DNA of 64,000 bases from Eledone cirrhosa (taxonomy: Eukaryota). The notes beneath the pieces were generated by a model. That model did no database searches. It worked only from the letters and a program-made list of their open reading frames with translations, and was not told the DNA's origin. Below are positions 22,805 through 36,434 of this stretch, in pieces. Positions within the stretch are counted from its first letter, which is position 1; each line of letters opens with the position of its first letter. Made by a program: the position numbers and the translations under genes. Location of the stretch: NCBI GenBank assembly GCA_964016885.1, contig OZ024743.1, positions 151,280,001 through 151,344,000 on the forward strand, in the 5' to 3' direction.

Positions 22805-23600
22805 TAGTATTAGTTATACTATTTATGGTCATGTAAATACAAAACCTTATGCAGTTATAAGTATTTTACACACACCCTAAATAGTGGTAGGCAGTAATGT
22901 ATTACTACCTTATTACCAGTAAGTTAAGTAGCTCAACGTAAAAACATCAGATGATTTACAGAGCAGTTATATGAAATATAAGAATCAAAGAACTGTTCAA
23001 AACATTATTGTGCTTACAGCTGTTTCCTCCAAACCGAGGTTTGGATTCTTCGGAGCAATTTATTAATGCATGGACAGTTATATGACCTCCCTTTCAGCCG
23101 AGAGACATACCGATACATATTCAAACATTGATACATATTCAAACATTGTGGGTCAACATTCATTACAGAATTTAGAGTGGCAGTACACACTTTGAGATTA
23201 CATTTATATTAAGAGGTACAATCAAAAATCAAAAATACAGGTTAAAATACAACATGAAGATAAGCGGTTATATAGTGGAAATGTTACATGTGTGGCACGC
23301 ATCTGCGTCTTGTTTATATAGTGTGGCAGAGAGATATGTGTGGTAGAGGCACTTAGGTAGGTAAACAAGAGTGTTAGGTTGGTAGATCTGGTGGCAAATT
23401 CTTTATATGATTGATATAGTCTGTGTGTGGAGAAATATTATAAGCATTAAAAATAGTGCAAGCATTAAAAGTGTTAAAAGTATTGGAGATGCACAGCGCA
23501 GGGAAGTCAAGTATTTCATGTACTTCGGCATTTTCATGGTCAGGGGAGTGTATTTTTCGATTATATGCCCTTCACATAATCCACGACAATCCATATTCAT
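22805..23600 (-). mobile_element. Penelope-like 3' end/pLTR fragment
   Basis: Unique island in (TA)n with a hammerhead at 23011-23057 (-). Upstream peptide CRGLCEGHIIEKYTPL weakly resembles the terminal R..E..I.K..P motif of a GIY-YIG domain. Confidence 0.6.
23011..23057 (-). ncRNA. Type I hammerhead ribozyme, U4C core variant
   Basis: tgct CCGAAGA a-tccaaac-ctcg-gtttgga-g GAAAC agct GTA agca. 7-bp stem II, palindromic stem III ACAGCTGT, 4-bp stem I. Confidence 0.7.
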
Positions 23601-23755
23601 ATATATATATATATATATATAATATATATATAATGTGTATATATATATAATATATATATAATGTGTATATATATATAATATATATATAATGTATATATAT
23701 ATATATTATATATATATAATATATATATATATATATTATAGATATATATATATAT

Positions 23756-23942
23756 AATTGTTTCTACTTTAGGCACAAAGCCAGCAATTACCCAGTGCAT
23801 TACTGGTACTTTATTTTATCGACCCCGTAAGGATGAAAGGCAAAGTCACCCTCGGCGAGATTTGAACTCAGATCGTAAGGGGACATAACTATGCTGGAAA
23901 GCATGGCCTCCGACCCTCTACCGATACTGCTAATCCACCGTC
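23756..23942 (-). mobile_element. SINE family 1
   Basis: Near-identical to 19074-19262; flanked by TA. Confidence 0.85.
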
Positions 23943-24159
23943 ATATATATAATGTATATATATATTATATATATTCATATATATATATATTATATATATT
24001 CATATATATATATATTATATATATTCATATATTCACATATATATATATTCACATATATATATATATTCACATATATATATATTCACATATATATATATTC
24101 ATATATATATATATTCACATATGTATATATTCACATATATATATATTCATATATATACA

Positions 24160-24845
24160 TGTGATAAATGAACACTGGCGAGAGCTTCAAGATAGTAAAG
24201 AATCATCTATACTCCACCAACATGCTAAAATAGAACAAAGGGTAAATTAGAGAACATAGAAATAAAAATAGAATCTACACAAATAAAAGACACAATGTTT
24301 AGACAAATCACAGACGAAATAAATATAAATGAACTCCAACCAAAATTAAATAGAAAACATGAATGGAACATCAACATCACAACTTACAATTAAGGACAAA
24401 ATGAAAATACACACACACACAGAACAAACAACCAACCAGTAACATGTAAATAAACAAATAAATTAACAAATATAAACACACACAGACACCCGGATGTAGC
24501 ACATGCGCAAACTATGCACACAACATACACAAAAACAAGATGGCGTAGGACAGAAGAAAGGAGAGGCACAAAAACAAAGAAAAGAATCCCCATTTACTGT
24601 ACAGGTCACAGAATGTGTGACGAAAGAACTTTGACAATATATAAACAATCATCTGGTTGTTGAACCAACCAACCAACTGGAAATTTATAGTTTCCTAAAT
24701 TTATAATAAATTGAAGTGAAAGCAACTGGTGTGTGTGTTTCTTATTGGCAACATGACCCTCCCAAAGTATAACAATATCGGTTTCAACACACATCACATT
24801 TTAAGATAAAGAATCTTGCTAAACAAATTCAGAAACGAAATAAAT
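24160..24845 (+). mobile_element. Penelope-like element: GIY-YIG C-terminus, 3' UTR/pLTR and restart of the ORF
   Basis: [20 protein letters not shown], then after a frameshift KIESTQIKDTMFRQITDEININELQPKLNRKHEWN (EH..S.L..H..RQI.[DE].I....P.LN.K.EW pattern). Followed by a hammerhead-like hairpin at 24592-24635 and [13 protein letters not shown] at 24753. Confidence 0.75.
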
Positions 24846-24849
24846 TATA

Positions 24850-24887
<38 letters not shown>

Positions 24888-24930
24888 GTATATATATATT
24901 ATATAATATATATATATTATATATATTCAT

Positions 24931-25078
24931 GAAGGGCATCCAGCCGTAGAAAACCCGCCAGACAGTCCTATACGAGCAGGACAACCAATCTTGCCTCAAG
25001 TGGGAAAACTCCCGTCCAAACCCATGCAAGCGTGGAAGATGGACGTTAAACGATGATGATGGTGATGATGATCATGAT
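24931..25078 (+). mobile_element. RTE family B-like 3' tail fragment
   Basis: GAAGGGCATCCAGCCGTAGAAAACC...CCCATGCAAGCGTGGAAGATGGACGTTAAACGATGATG. Confidence 0.85.
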
Positions 25079-25086
25079 ATATAATG

Positions 25087-25124
<38 letters not shown>

Positions 25125-25485
25125 CATATATATATATAATGTATATATATATATTCATATATAATGTATATATATATATATATATAGTCTGATGTTCTTT
25201 AGCTCAATACAGGAGGATGTTACAGATTGAACAGTTCTTTGATTCTTATAATTCATATATATATATATATATATATAGATATATTTAATATATAGTTTGT
25301 AAAAATTTTACATAGATCTATATGATATACATACCAACACACATATATATCCTAGAAACGATCGTAAAATGATGAATTTTTTAATATAAGGAACTGTTTC
25401 TTTGTTTTTATTCATTATTTTTATTAAATTATATATATTTATATATATTCATATATATATATATATATTCATATATATATATATA

Positions 25486-26304
25486 GTTTAGCGAGGTTTT
25501 TTATATGAAATTGTGTGTCGAAACAGATATTGTTATACTTGGGGAGGGTCATATTTGCGTAATATTGCCAGAATTAATAACAGAACACACTCACTGTCTG
25601 GTTGGTTTTCGCTTCTCGCTGTCTTTTATATCTGCGATCTAACTTACTCGGTCCTCAATGTTGCCATTGACTGACCGACGGTCAAAAATAATACACATAC
25701 AATATAGACACAAACACATATATATAGTTTACATAATTTACATAAATCTTTCGTTGCACATCTGCAACATCGTCAGTGGTGTTATATTCTTTGTTCCTCC
25801 TGTTGTGTTGTATGTCTATGCCATTTTTTATTCAGTCTGTCTATATACACACTAGTCACACAGCACACATAACACTATACACAACACTATACACACAGCA
25901 CACATAACACTATACACACACGCAAACGCATGCGCAAAGAAGACAAAATAAAATAAGATAAACAAACAAGCAAATAAATAAATAAATATATAGACAGACT
26001 GAATAAAAAATGGCGTAGACATACAACACAACAGGAGGAACAAAGAATATAACACCACTGACGATGTTGCAGATGTGCAACGAAAGATTTATGTAAATTA
26101 TGTAAACTATATATGTGTTTGTGTCTATATTGTATCTGTATTATTTTTGACCGTCGGTCAGTCAATGGCAACATTGAGGACCGAGTAAGTTAGATCGCAG
26201 ATATAAAAGACAGCGAGAAACGAAAACCAACCAAACAGTGAGTGTGTTCTGTTATTAATTCTGGCAATATTACGCAAATATGACCCTCCCCAAGTATAAC
26301 AATA
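25486..26304. mobile_element. Penelope-like pLTR with 5' inverted duplication (MTLPKYNN family)
   Basis: 25528-25846 and 25987-26303 are ~320-bp inverted copies. Each has CTGACGA-t-gttgca gatg tgcaac-GAAAGATTTA and the ORF start MTLPKYNN. Confidence 0.8.
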
Positions 26305-26389
26305 TATATATATATATATATATATATTAATATATATATATTTATATATTATATATGTATTATATATATTTATATATATATATATATAT

Positions 26390-27899
26390 GTGGAGGAACT
26401 CACTGGACACTGGCTATATTCCTGAAAACTTTCTGTCCCAGTCTTCAAAAAGGGAAATAAGTCCCTTGCAGTGAACTACCGTCCAATCTCACTCACCTCT
26501 CATATTACGAAGGTATTTGAGAGGGTGGTGAGATCATGAATAACCCACTTTCTTGAAAGCAATGGCCTACTGAACTCCAACCAACATGGGTTCCGTAATG
26601 GAAGAGACTGCCTAATGCAGCTCCTGCATCACTTTGATGATGTTTTGAGATCCTTGGGAGAGGGCTCCAACACTGATGTCATCTACCTTGATCTCAGCAA
26701 GGCTGTCGAAAGGGTTGATCATAAGATTCTACTTAAACTATCCAATGTTGGTGTCTCTGGAAGGTTACTACAGTGGATCAAAGGTTTCCTGACAGACAGA
26801 ACCCAGCATGTTGTAGTCGAAGGAGTAAAATCAAGCCCTGCCAAAGTCAGCAGTGGCGTCCCACAAGGCACTGTGTTGGGCCCACTTCTTTTCATCATCT
26901 ACATTAATGACATTATTGACATCATCAAACACAGCAACATCAGAATCTTCGCAGATGATTAAAGCTCCAAAGGGTCATCAATGAGGTGGGTGACCGGACT
27001 TGCCTTCAGTCAGACCTACTGGCTGTTATCCAATGGGCAGAGATGAATGATATGCTGTTGAATGAGGATAAATTTGAACTAATCCACTTTGGAAAAAAAG
27101 AAGGCCCTGAAACTACCATACTCTCTTCCTTCGGGTGAAACTCTAGTGGTTTCCAATAACATCAGAGACCTGGGAGTAATTGTGGACAACAACATAAACT
27201 GGGTCACTCATATAAACAGCAAAGTTGACATGGCCCGCAGAGTGTGTTCCTGGATTCTCAGAACTTTCCAGTCGAGAGATATCCACACTGTTGTCCTTCT
27301 CTTCTCCACTTTTGCCCGACCCCACCTTGAATACTGTTGTCCACTGGGGTCACCCCACATGAAACAAAGTCTCATGAAAGTTGAAGCACCCCAAAGGTCA
27401 ATTACAAAAAAGATAGTTGGCATGACAGGCCTTGACTATTGGGGTCGATTAGAAAAGCTAAAACTTTATTCTCTTCAACGTCGCCGTGAGTGCTACATTA
27501 TCTGCATGATGTGGAAAATATTCCATCAGCTTAGCCCAAATGATGTTGGCATCACCTTTAGTGTACACCCAAGGCTTGGGCCCCGTGCTATCCGCCCACG
27601 ACAAAAATCCCACTCGCATCTCATAACAACAATACGGCACAATTATTTCACCTCAATTGGCCCTGCACTCTTTAACATTACACCAAAACACATCAAAGCA
27701 GAGACAGACCCCATCAAGTTCAAGAAGTCTTTGGATAAATTCCTTCAAGAAATCCTACACCCGGATATGCCTCCGTAAACATTAACTCTCTGCTCGAGTG
27801 GGCCATGGTGCCCAAACACTGATTTGTAAGACTTCGCCAGGTGGTGCTATTAAATTAGACATGGCCTGGGCCAATACTGGCCGAAACCTATCAAAGTTA
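26390..27899 (+). mobile_element. 5'-truncated, disrupted CR1-group LINE
   Basis: PVFKKG..NYRPISLTS, NQHGFR, YLDLSKA, GVPQGTVLGPLLF, FADD, RDLGV, RPHLEY and LKLYSLQRRR, with stops and frameshifts. Flanked by (TA)n. Confidence 0.92.
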
Positions 27900-27952
<53 letters not shown>

Positions 27953-28559
27953 GTATATATATATATATCTATTATATATATATATAATGTATATATATAT
28001 TCATATATATAATATATATTCATATATATATATATTATATATATTCATATATATATATGCCTCAAAATGTTAAGTATACAAATGCCAAGACACATGTTAA
28101 ATTCATGAGTGAGCTGCTATGTTGATTGAGAAACTGGAACACTCATTGTGGAAACCAATGGAGGTCCCTACCACTCTACTTTCTAAACACATTTCTTTAG
28201 TGGTATTTTAATGTACTGCCTAAACACATTTATCCTCCCATTTCACTAACTGAAAATAAGCACTACCTCTATTTTAAGTTGCTTGGAATTATTTTGACTA
28301 TCCAATTTCAATAATGTATGTGGAATCTCTAAATTATTTCAACCAGTCCCTGATATTAGCATTAAAATATTTAAGAATTCAACATAAAAAGAAAACATAG
28401 TACACTATCCTCTATCTAAAATGTAGTCAAGATATTCTCAAAAAAGAAATGCCATATGGTTATGGCTTATTTACCTATGGAATGCAAACCCCCACTCATA
28501 TTTACTAACTGACATCTGTATCTTCCAGTAATGAGGACCACCATCAAAGTCTTAACATT

Positions 28560-28870
28560 TAACAGTATTAAAATATAACCAATTACATTACTTCTCATGA
28601 ACTGCACCCAGTTTACTATCTGCACTTGCAAGGATTTACAGTCTCCAGCAATCTTTCCTCAAAGAATCCTATTCTTAGCATTTCCTAAATGGATTGAAGA
28701 ATACTTAGTTTCCATTTTAGGGTTAAGAACTATAAGAATAGTTTTCAATCTTTGCAATGCAGTTTCAGCAATTTGAATTACATGGGAGCATACAGTTCAT
28801 CTGTAATTGCTAGATTAACATGTTTAAAATTAAAGACAGTTTCAATATAGTTAATGAAGCAGAGAAATTT
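28560..28870 (-). mobile_element. Highly decayed non-LTR RT C-terminal relic
   Basis: IETVFNFKHVNLAITDE...IQIAETALQRLKTIL resembles the LE.V..FKYLG..I...RI..A..A...LK.I thumb region. Confidence 0.35.
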
Positions 28871-31800
28871 AGTATTAAGGTTAATTATTTCATGTGTGTA
28901 GAATGTGTTTTCATAATAAAAATAGACTAATTTGTTGGTTAGGCATTGCAGTACTTTTAGGCCTGATAGAAAATGTTATGGCTGAGGAGTGCCTTGTATA
29001 ACTTTGTATAAACATTGCATTTGTTATCTATTCTGAGTACTGGTACAATGTAAAGCTCCTTGCTTCTACCATGTATTCCCACCTCTTTAAACTATGTATT
29101 AACAGCAATAGTTTCGGGCCAGCTTGCCACACATTTGCTCCAGTCTATTGAAGGATAAATAATTTTTTTCCTCCTTTCTCAGGAAAAAAATAATACATAA
29201 AAAGAAAATGAACAAAGAAAACAGACTATTTTCAGCTGTTACAAATGGAATAATTTTTGAGAATCATTACAAGAGACAATATTTCAAACCTATTACATTT
29301 TGTTCACATCACTGATGCAAACTATTTCTAATTTCCTTAGATTCTAGTGTTTTTTCTTCATACATTTATGAAGCTCAACTAAAGGAAATAATGTGATTTG
29401 TCTAAGGAAAAAAAAATGACGCCCTTGAAAATGTTCACATTATGATATTTGTGTTGGAAATGAAGAATCATAACCACAATAGTTCAATTCTGAAAGTAAA
29501 TGTCTTTCTTCATTGAAAAGTGTTAGCAAATGTACAAATATATATTACTACCAAACCTAAGTATGAACAATAAGTTAATTACCAAATTACCTATTTAGAT
29601 AGATAATATTCTAAATTAGAATGTACATATGAGATTATTTCATTTTAAAATATACTTTTAATTAGCTATTGAATTTAAAAAGACAACAATGCAAAAAAGC
29701 AAATGTATTAGGTTAGTCTTGCCATCATCATATGTACAGTCAATTGAAAGAATGAAATATAATACATTTGTTTCCCTTTATTCCAAGAAACATTTATATG
29801 GGAAGTAAATATTATGGCTAAGTGCAAATATCCAAAAGTGCAATTTCAAATTTATTTGATGTATGGTAACTAGGAAAAGTAGGCATCACAATGCTCAGAA
29901 TGATAGTTAAAATGGAATTAAAAATTCAATACACATTAGAATGCTAATTGTGAGAGCATTCCAAGGGATTTTAAATGAACTAAAAGAATATGCACAAGAT
30001 AGGTACATCAATGATTATAGAACATGAAAAGGTAATGAATATATACATGATACAGACCTTGGATAATATAAGACATAGTTTTAAAGCTAAATAGAAACAC
30101 AGGGAATAAAAAAAATCTTACCAAGCTGAAATAAGTACGAAGAGACAAAACAAAAATTGTTGAATTAGAAATAGTTTCCCTGTTTTCAATAAACAACATC
30201 GAAAAATAAATAAAATTCTTAGATGAAGGTATTTATGTCTAACATTTTATGCAGCATGTATTTCTAGAATTTCAAGGGTTAATAATCATCCTATTAGTCA
30301 GAATTATACAAAATATGACACTTAAAGAAAAAGAAAAATACAGAAAAGAAAATCTAGCAGTAATCTCAATTAAAATAAAAACAGATCAATTTGAAAAATC
30401 AATTCCAATATTTTTATTGATTTCTTTATAAAATGGTACAAAAAAAAAACAAAAAAAAAATTAATTTGAAAAGAACTGCTCTTCATACCTAGAAGTCAAA
30501 GTCTTGTGATGAAGGAGATATGTCAGGTTTTAATATTCAAAGATAATATTCCAAATGCAACAAATATTGCTGGCATTAAAAAAATAGTGCTTACTGATAT
30601 TTGTGGAAAAATAACTAAATAAATAATTGGAAAAGAGGTAATAAATATGAAATGCTAAAGAAAATGTAATTAATTGTTCACTTTCAAAGCATCATAGCAC
30701 CAAAACAATATATTCAGTTTTGAAAACTCCTATCTGAGATGAAAATAATATGAGTTGTTAGATGTATGAAGATGACAAACATGGCCAGGTATGAAGATAT
30801 AAGTAAATCTGAATAAACTCACAATGAAACACCTAACTATTAGACTTGAAAGCATTTTCGTTTTTATCATACCTGAGACAGAAAGCATAATTGATAGAAT
30901 CTTTCAGAGTGGGGGGGGGGGGGGGGGGGGGGCATGAGATTAGCATGGTCAATATTAGGATTAAATAGTAAGGGGTTCAGTGTATTTCAGTAGCAGGTCG
31001 TTTTTTTCTTAATAGATTTTAAAATCACAGTAGTTTAGCCACAGGCATTCCAGCTATGACCACTTTAATATTTTTCAGGCATGGTGTCCTCCAGGCTCCA
31101 TTTATCCAATGTGTCCTTTCAAACCCATGACTATATCTCTGATGACACATACTGTATTACAATTAATGAATGGAGACTTGGGGAAAGGGGGGGGGGGGGT
31201 TACTAAAATTATTAGTCATTTCATTATTAACCATAGACTGTTCTGGCTGGGTTTGTATGATAAAGGTTAAACAAGGTCCTGTTGCTATTTTAAACAGGTG
31301 AGGCAATCATGACCCATTTCACCAGTAACTTAAAGTTGTGCCAACTTTGAAACATGTCTAGTATTACATAATGATATTTATTTGGGCTTTGAACATCGAA
31401 GCTACAACTCACATCCCATTACCAGAGCTAAATTTTGTCAAGTCTATCTAGATCTAAACAAGATTATTACAGATTATCACTAAAATGAGTTGATTATGGT
31501 GTGCACTGCATGAAATGACTGATGTTCAAAAACTACCAACTCATGAAATACATCATTCTTGAAAATTTACCCCAATGTGGATATCATACTCAATTATAAA
31601 AGAATCAATAACAGCAGTATTTATGTGAAGAGGAATATTACATGATGATTATAGTTTCACAGAAGGGACATGGACAGCTTTATAACATCACAGGCAACTT
31701 TATACAAATAGTGGTAGAACATTAGATTTGCATGACAGAAAGCTGTACTTTTAAAAGAGTACATGTAATGAATAGTTGATTATTAAACCTTTTACTAAAG

Positions 31801-32129
31801 AAATATCAGAGATGAGAGCATATAGCAGTAGTTGAAGGGACCTGAACAGTTTTCATTTATGGAGTTTTGTTTTTATAGTGCTGTTTGAATAGAAATCTAT
31901 TGAGTTGTGGTAGTTGTTAATGGTTCAGTATAAAATGGTTGACCATTTTGTTATAAATAGCAAACGATTTTTAAAAACTCTACTGAAGTGGACATTAGCT
32001 GTTTATTTATAATATTCATCACTCACTCAATGTCACAGTTGCCTTAAATCTCAAATGTGTTCTCCATCATTGCTACCCTAATGATATGAGTCTGGATAGT
32101 GTGGGAAAACACTCTTTGGCTTGCAGGAC

Positions 32130-32500
32130 ACCAGGCATTGGCTGTCTTGTGGACCCAGTGGTTAGAATGGAGAAAGCATTGCCTCAGAACATGGCAGAGG
32201 TGATACATTACAATAGCCATTCTAACTCGTGGGTCTCACTCCTGCAAGTAGCCAATTCTGCCCTGACAGTAGTGAGATGGTCTGTGAGCCAAGAATGTCA
32301 AAAGTCTCCACTACATGTTTGACAACAAACCTATCAGAAAGCAGCCAATAATTTGACATCTTACAATCTTTGGCTTGTCGGGTAACAAAGTCTGGGTCTG
32401 TCAGCAAATACATCAGGTTGCCATTGGAGAAAGTATCGCTCCATGTTGCATCCCAGGTGAGGGGTTTACGATTGTGGACCAAGAAAATCATTATGAACCA
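32130..32500 (-). mobile_element. Relic of a CRE-like non-LTR retrotransposon restriction-like endonuclease
   Basis: KPLTWDATWSDTFS...RQAKDCKMSNY..LSDRFV..HVVET, then ELEWLL*CITSAMF*GNAFSILTTG. Matches the CRE-type WD.T..DT...K..KY...ET.G...QR.S.A..RGNA pattern. Confidence 0.75.
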
Positions 32501-33060
32501 AACTCACAATACTGCCAGATTTATAGAGCTGCTATTTCATGCTTCGGGTATTCATTTACAGTGAGATAGAATGGTGTATTAACAAATATATTTCTTTTAT
32601 CTTAGATAAGTAGGGTACGTTAAATAATATAGTCTAAGATACAAATCTGAATACAAGGGAGGATGGTTGCAGTTGGAATGATTTTCATCATATCTTTGAT
32701 GTTTGACTTAGGGCTAAACAGCAATAGCACAACTGGTTGTTAGTTACATGACTGAGTCAGCTATCTGTGGCTCTTAGAGCTAGAAATGGGTGTTACAGAG
32801 AGAGGAAGAGAGAGAAAGAGATATGTAGAGAGAAATAGGCAGAGAGACAGAGTTCATATAAAAAAAATCAGTGGTCTGTGAAAAAACTATTCTCAATAAC
32901 AATGCTGACCTGGGGCTACACAACAATAAATACAGTTTTATAGTGACAGAATTAGAAAGTACTCCCTCCACCTAACGTATATAAATATATATATATATAT
33001 GTATATTTATATATGTGTGTGTATTAACATAAGTATGTGTGTGTGTGTATATATATATAT

Positions 33061-33140
33061 TAGCATGGGTTAGAGAACAGGACAACTTATCTAACCCATG
33101 CTAGCATGGATAAATGAACGTTAAATAATGATGATGACAT
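33061..33140 (+). mobile_element. Short RTE-type tail insertion with 14-bp 5' inversion
   Basis: tagcatgggttaga (33061-33074) is the inverse of tctaacccatgcta (33090-33103). Ends in cgttaaataatgatgatg. Confidence 0.6.
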
Positions 33141-34566
33141 GTATGTATGTATGTATGTGTATATATATATATATATATATATTAGGAGGACAAAGTTAAT
33201 ATGAAGTCTCTTTCATCTGGGAAATTATTAATTTAAACTAAAGATAACTTGAGATCTGTAGAAAAGTTCTTCCATTTAGAAATATCATGACAAGAAATTA
33301 CAGTTTGCAAAATTATAATTAATGGCAGAAGTACAAATAATATAATGGTATTAATAAACAACAACGGGAACAATTTCACAATAGCAATTATAATTTAGGC
33401 AATTATAGCTCTTATGTTAGCAACATCATTTGCCCTATGTTTTGGGTAGGTGGGTTTAATATTAGATAAATATCAAAGATTTTATTTTTGTTTACACAGC
33501 CACTATAAAATATACAAAAATTCTATCATTTCAGAATGAAAACCTTTATTCTTTGCTGTTAAAAGAGCTGTTTATAATATTTAACCTAGTGTTTTTCTAA
33601 TATTCTCTGTAAAATGTAAAAATAAATAAAGAAAGAAAATGTATTTTTCAACTAACTGCCAATATTCATTAAACTTCAACTTGATGATGCTGGCTCCAGA
33701 TTGTCATCAAGAAAAAACAACAACAAATAGATAAATAAATAAAAAGCCTAAGTTAGGCTAAAAGAAGACACACTTCTAATATCCTAAGTCTAGTTATTTA
33801 AAACTGGTGCCTGGGGGGCTATTTCAACTGAAATTGTTATATTTCATCAGCTTCATTGATTCAAATAAATCAAATCTTTCATAAATAAGATGTAACTGAG
33901 CTTACTCATATAGCTTCAACATCCTTTAAAACTATTTGCTTGCACATTTTTTTGGTTTTTATTTATTTATAACTTCTTGACACCCTAAGAGCCCCCCCCC
34001 CCTCAATCCTTTTTGAAACAGAAGTACAAATCTTCTCTAGAACCATTTTCTTCATAATATCATAGAATCAAAATACTAACTTCACTAACCTTCCAAACCT
34101 CCACTCTTAAGAGGGCCATAGGCTATGAGCATAGCCTTTCTTTTATGAAATCTCAAACCAGAAAATATTGTCTATTTTCAGATGGCAGTGACAGTCAACA
34201 TTATTAACAGAGCAAAGCAAATGGTGTCCTTTACAATTTCCCCAAAGGTCAAGCATAGTGTGAAAAAACAAACAAACAAACCAAAATCCAAACAGTTTTC
34301 TACTAGATTTATGTATATAATTGTCATCATCAGTAATGCATTAAGCCATGACACACAACATAAGAGCTTAATGGATAAACAATATATAGAGAAGCAAAAT
34401 ACCATTATCATATGTGCGTAAATTATATGGTATAAAGATAACTTATTTATTTTGTTTTGTAGAAATCATTTTTTTTCTGATTATGGATTTTGTTTTCTTC
34501 AATATATATTTTATTTTTTTCATTTGTTTTGTAAATAAAGATAAATACACACACACACATGCACGT

Positions 34567-34601
<35 letters not shown>

Positions 34602-34939
34602 ATCAAATCAATCAGTTAATAATTCTGGCACTGTAAGTATAATGTGCACTCTTAGTAGTGTGATCAATAGTAGTATAATCAAGGCAGTTAAGGTGAATGG
34701 ATAGGATTATTAAACTTAGTATAAATATCGGTGACATAATGGCAATGAATAGAAAATGTCTTGTATTGCAAGATAGTGTAACCAGATAAATCAAAATGTT
34801 ATTGGACTGCAGTGTGTTTGAAATAAAAGTCCACTTGCCTTTAGATTCAATAAAAAAGAAGTAGGTAAGTAAACAAAAGAGAGACCAGCTGTAGATATCA
34901 GTAAGGAGATGGTTACGGAATAACCATATATATATATGT

Positions 34940-35110
34940 AAAGTGGTCGTGGAGGTGCCACGGCAAAAAAGCACCCAGCACGCACTGTAAATGAGGTTGG
35001 TGTTAGGAAGGGCATCCAGCTGTAGAAATCAAGCCAGAATCAGTTCCCGTCCCACCCTTGCAAGCAGGGAAAAAGCGGACGTAAAATGAAATGAATGAAA
35101 ATGAAATGAA
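34940..35110 (+). mobile_element. 5'-truncated SINE family 2
   Basis: Matches the 3' half of 50431-50775. Confidence 0.85.
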
Positions 35111-36434
35111 TATATACTTGTGGAATATGTGTTTATATTCAGGGTCAATATTTTGACGATTTTCACCAAATTCAAATTCTATGTAAATAAGGTGCTAAAA
35201 TATCACAATGAAACAGTTTTTCTACATTTACTACATCGTCATGAGGTTTATTTATGCATTTCCCTGAGAACATTCCCAACAAATTTTTATTATTTGAACT
35301 TTTTAACACAGAAACATCCCCCACACATATATACATACATGCATACACATACACACAACTGTTTGTCTCTGACTTAATTATCTTTTAATTCTCTCTATCT
35401 CTCTCCTCATGCTCCTTTCACTCTTCCTCCCCTTTCTGCTCTCAATCCTTATAGTGTTCTCTTAGTTGATCTCTTTCAACTATTCCCTATTCATTTCGAT
35501 TTCCCCTTGGTGTTTTTAATGCTCTCCATAATGGTTAAAAAATTTTTTTTTTATATAATACCTTAGACTAAAAATATATCTCAATTTTTTTATTATATTA
35601 TATTAATTTAGAATTTTCTCATGCTTATTTTTTATTTTTTAATTATAAATGTTAAAATATTAAAACATCATAAATATTTTCTCTCCTCATGAGAATTTCA
35701 AAACTGCACCATGTGTTGATTAGCTGCCTCAGCTTATAAACGTGCTATGGATTTTTACCCATTTCTTAGATATAAAATAGGGGTCAACATATTCAAATTG
35801 GCTTATATTCAAGTATATATGGTAATTAAAGACAGAATGACAAGTAGATCTGCACATACTTATAGTCATTAAAAAGCTTCAGAATGGATTGTATAAGAGG
35901 TTGTATTCAATGATTGTAGTAACAGCACCATTGTCTACATTGTCATTTAACCTAGTAAAAGGTTACACTACACCTGAAAAGACTAAGGGATGGCCATGGC
36001 CAGTGTGCCTTTATTCATATGCCTGCTTAACTAGAGTAGGTAGAGTAGAGTAGGTTTATTCTAAACAAGAGTAATTACTATTAAAATGATAAACACAAGC
36101 TAACTCTACATGGTTGTTCCAACTGCTAGAAATAACAGTCAAATCAGCCATAAATCACATCCTACTATCTTAAAAATGTAAGACATATTAGACAATGTTG
36201 TCCTCGATACCCTATTTGAATAAAGTGGGTGGTGGTTATAGTCGAAATGTGTTCTCATAGACCTGTTCAACCAAGAGCCAAGCTAAGGCTAACAACAACA
36301 CACTAAAATAAAAAAGACATTGCCTATAGAGGTGAAATTATAGAACCTCAAGTTATGAAAATAAGAGAAAGAGCAGTAACAGTATAAGTATAGCATAGAA
36401 TTTGTTTAGATAGAAAGCTGCTTTCATTGGTTCT

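Noticed and set aside
30912-30932. Poly-G tract as a functional G-quadruplex
   Set aside because: Simple homopolymer with no supporting context; length is error-prone.
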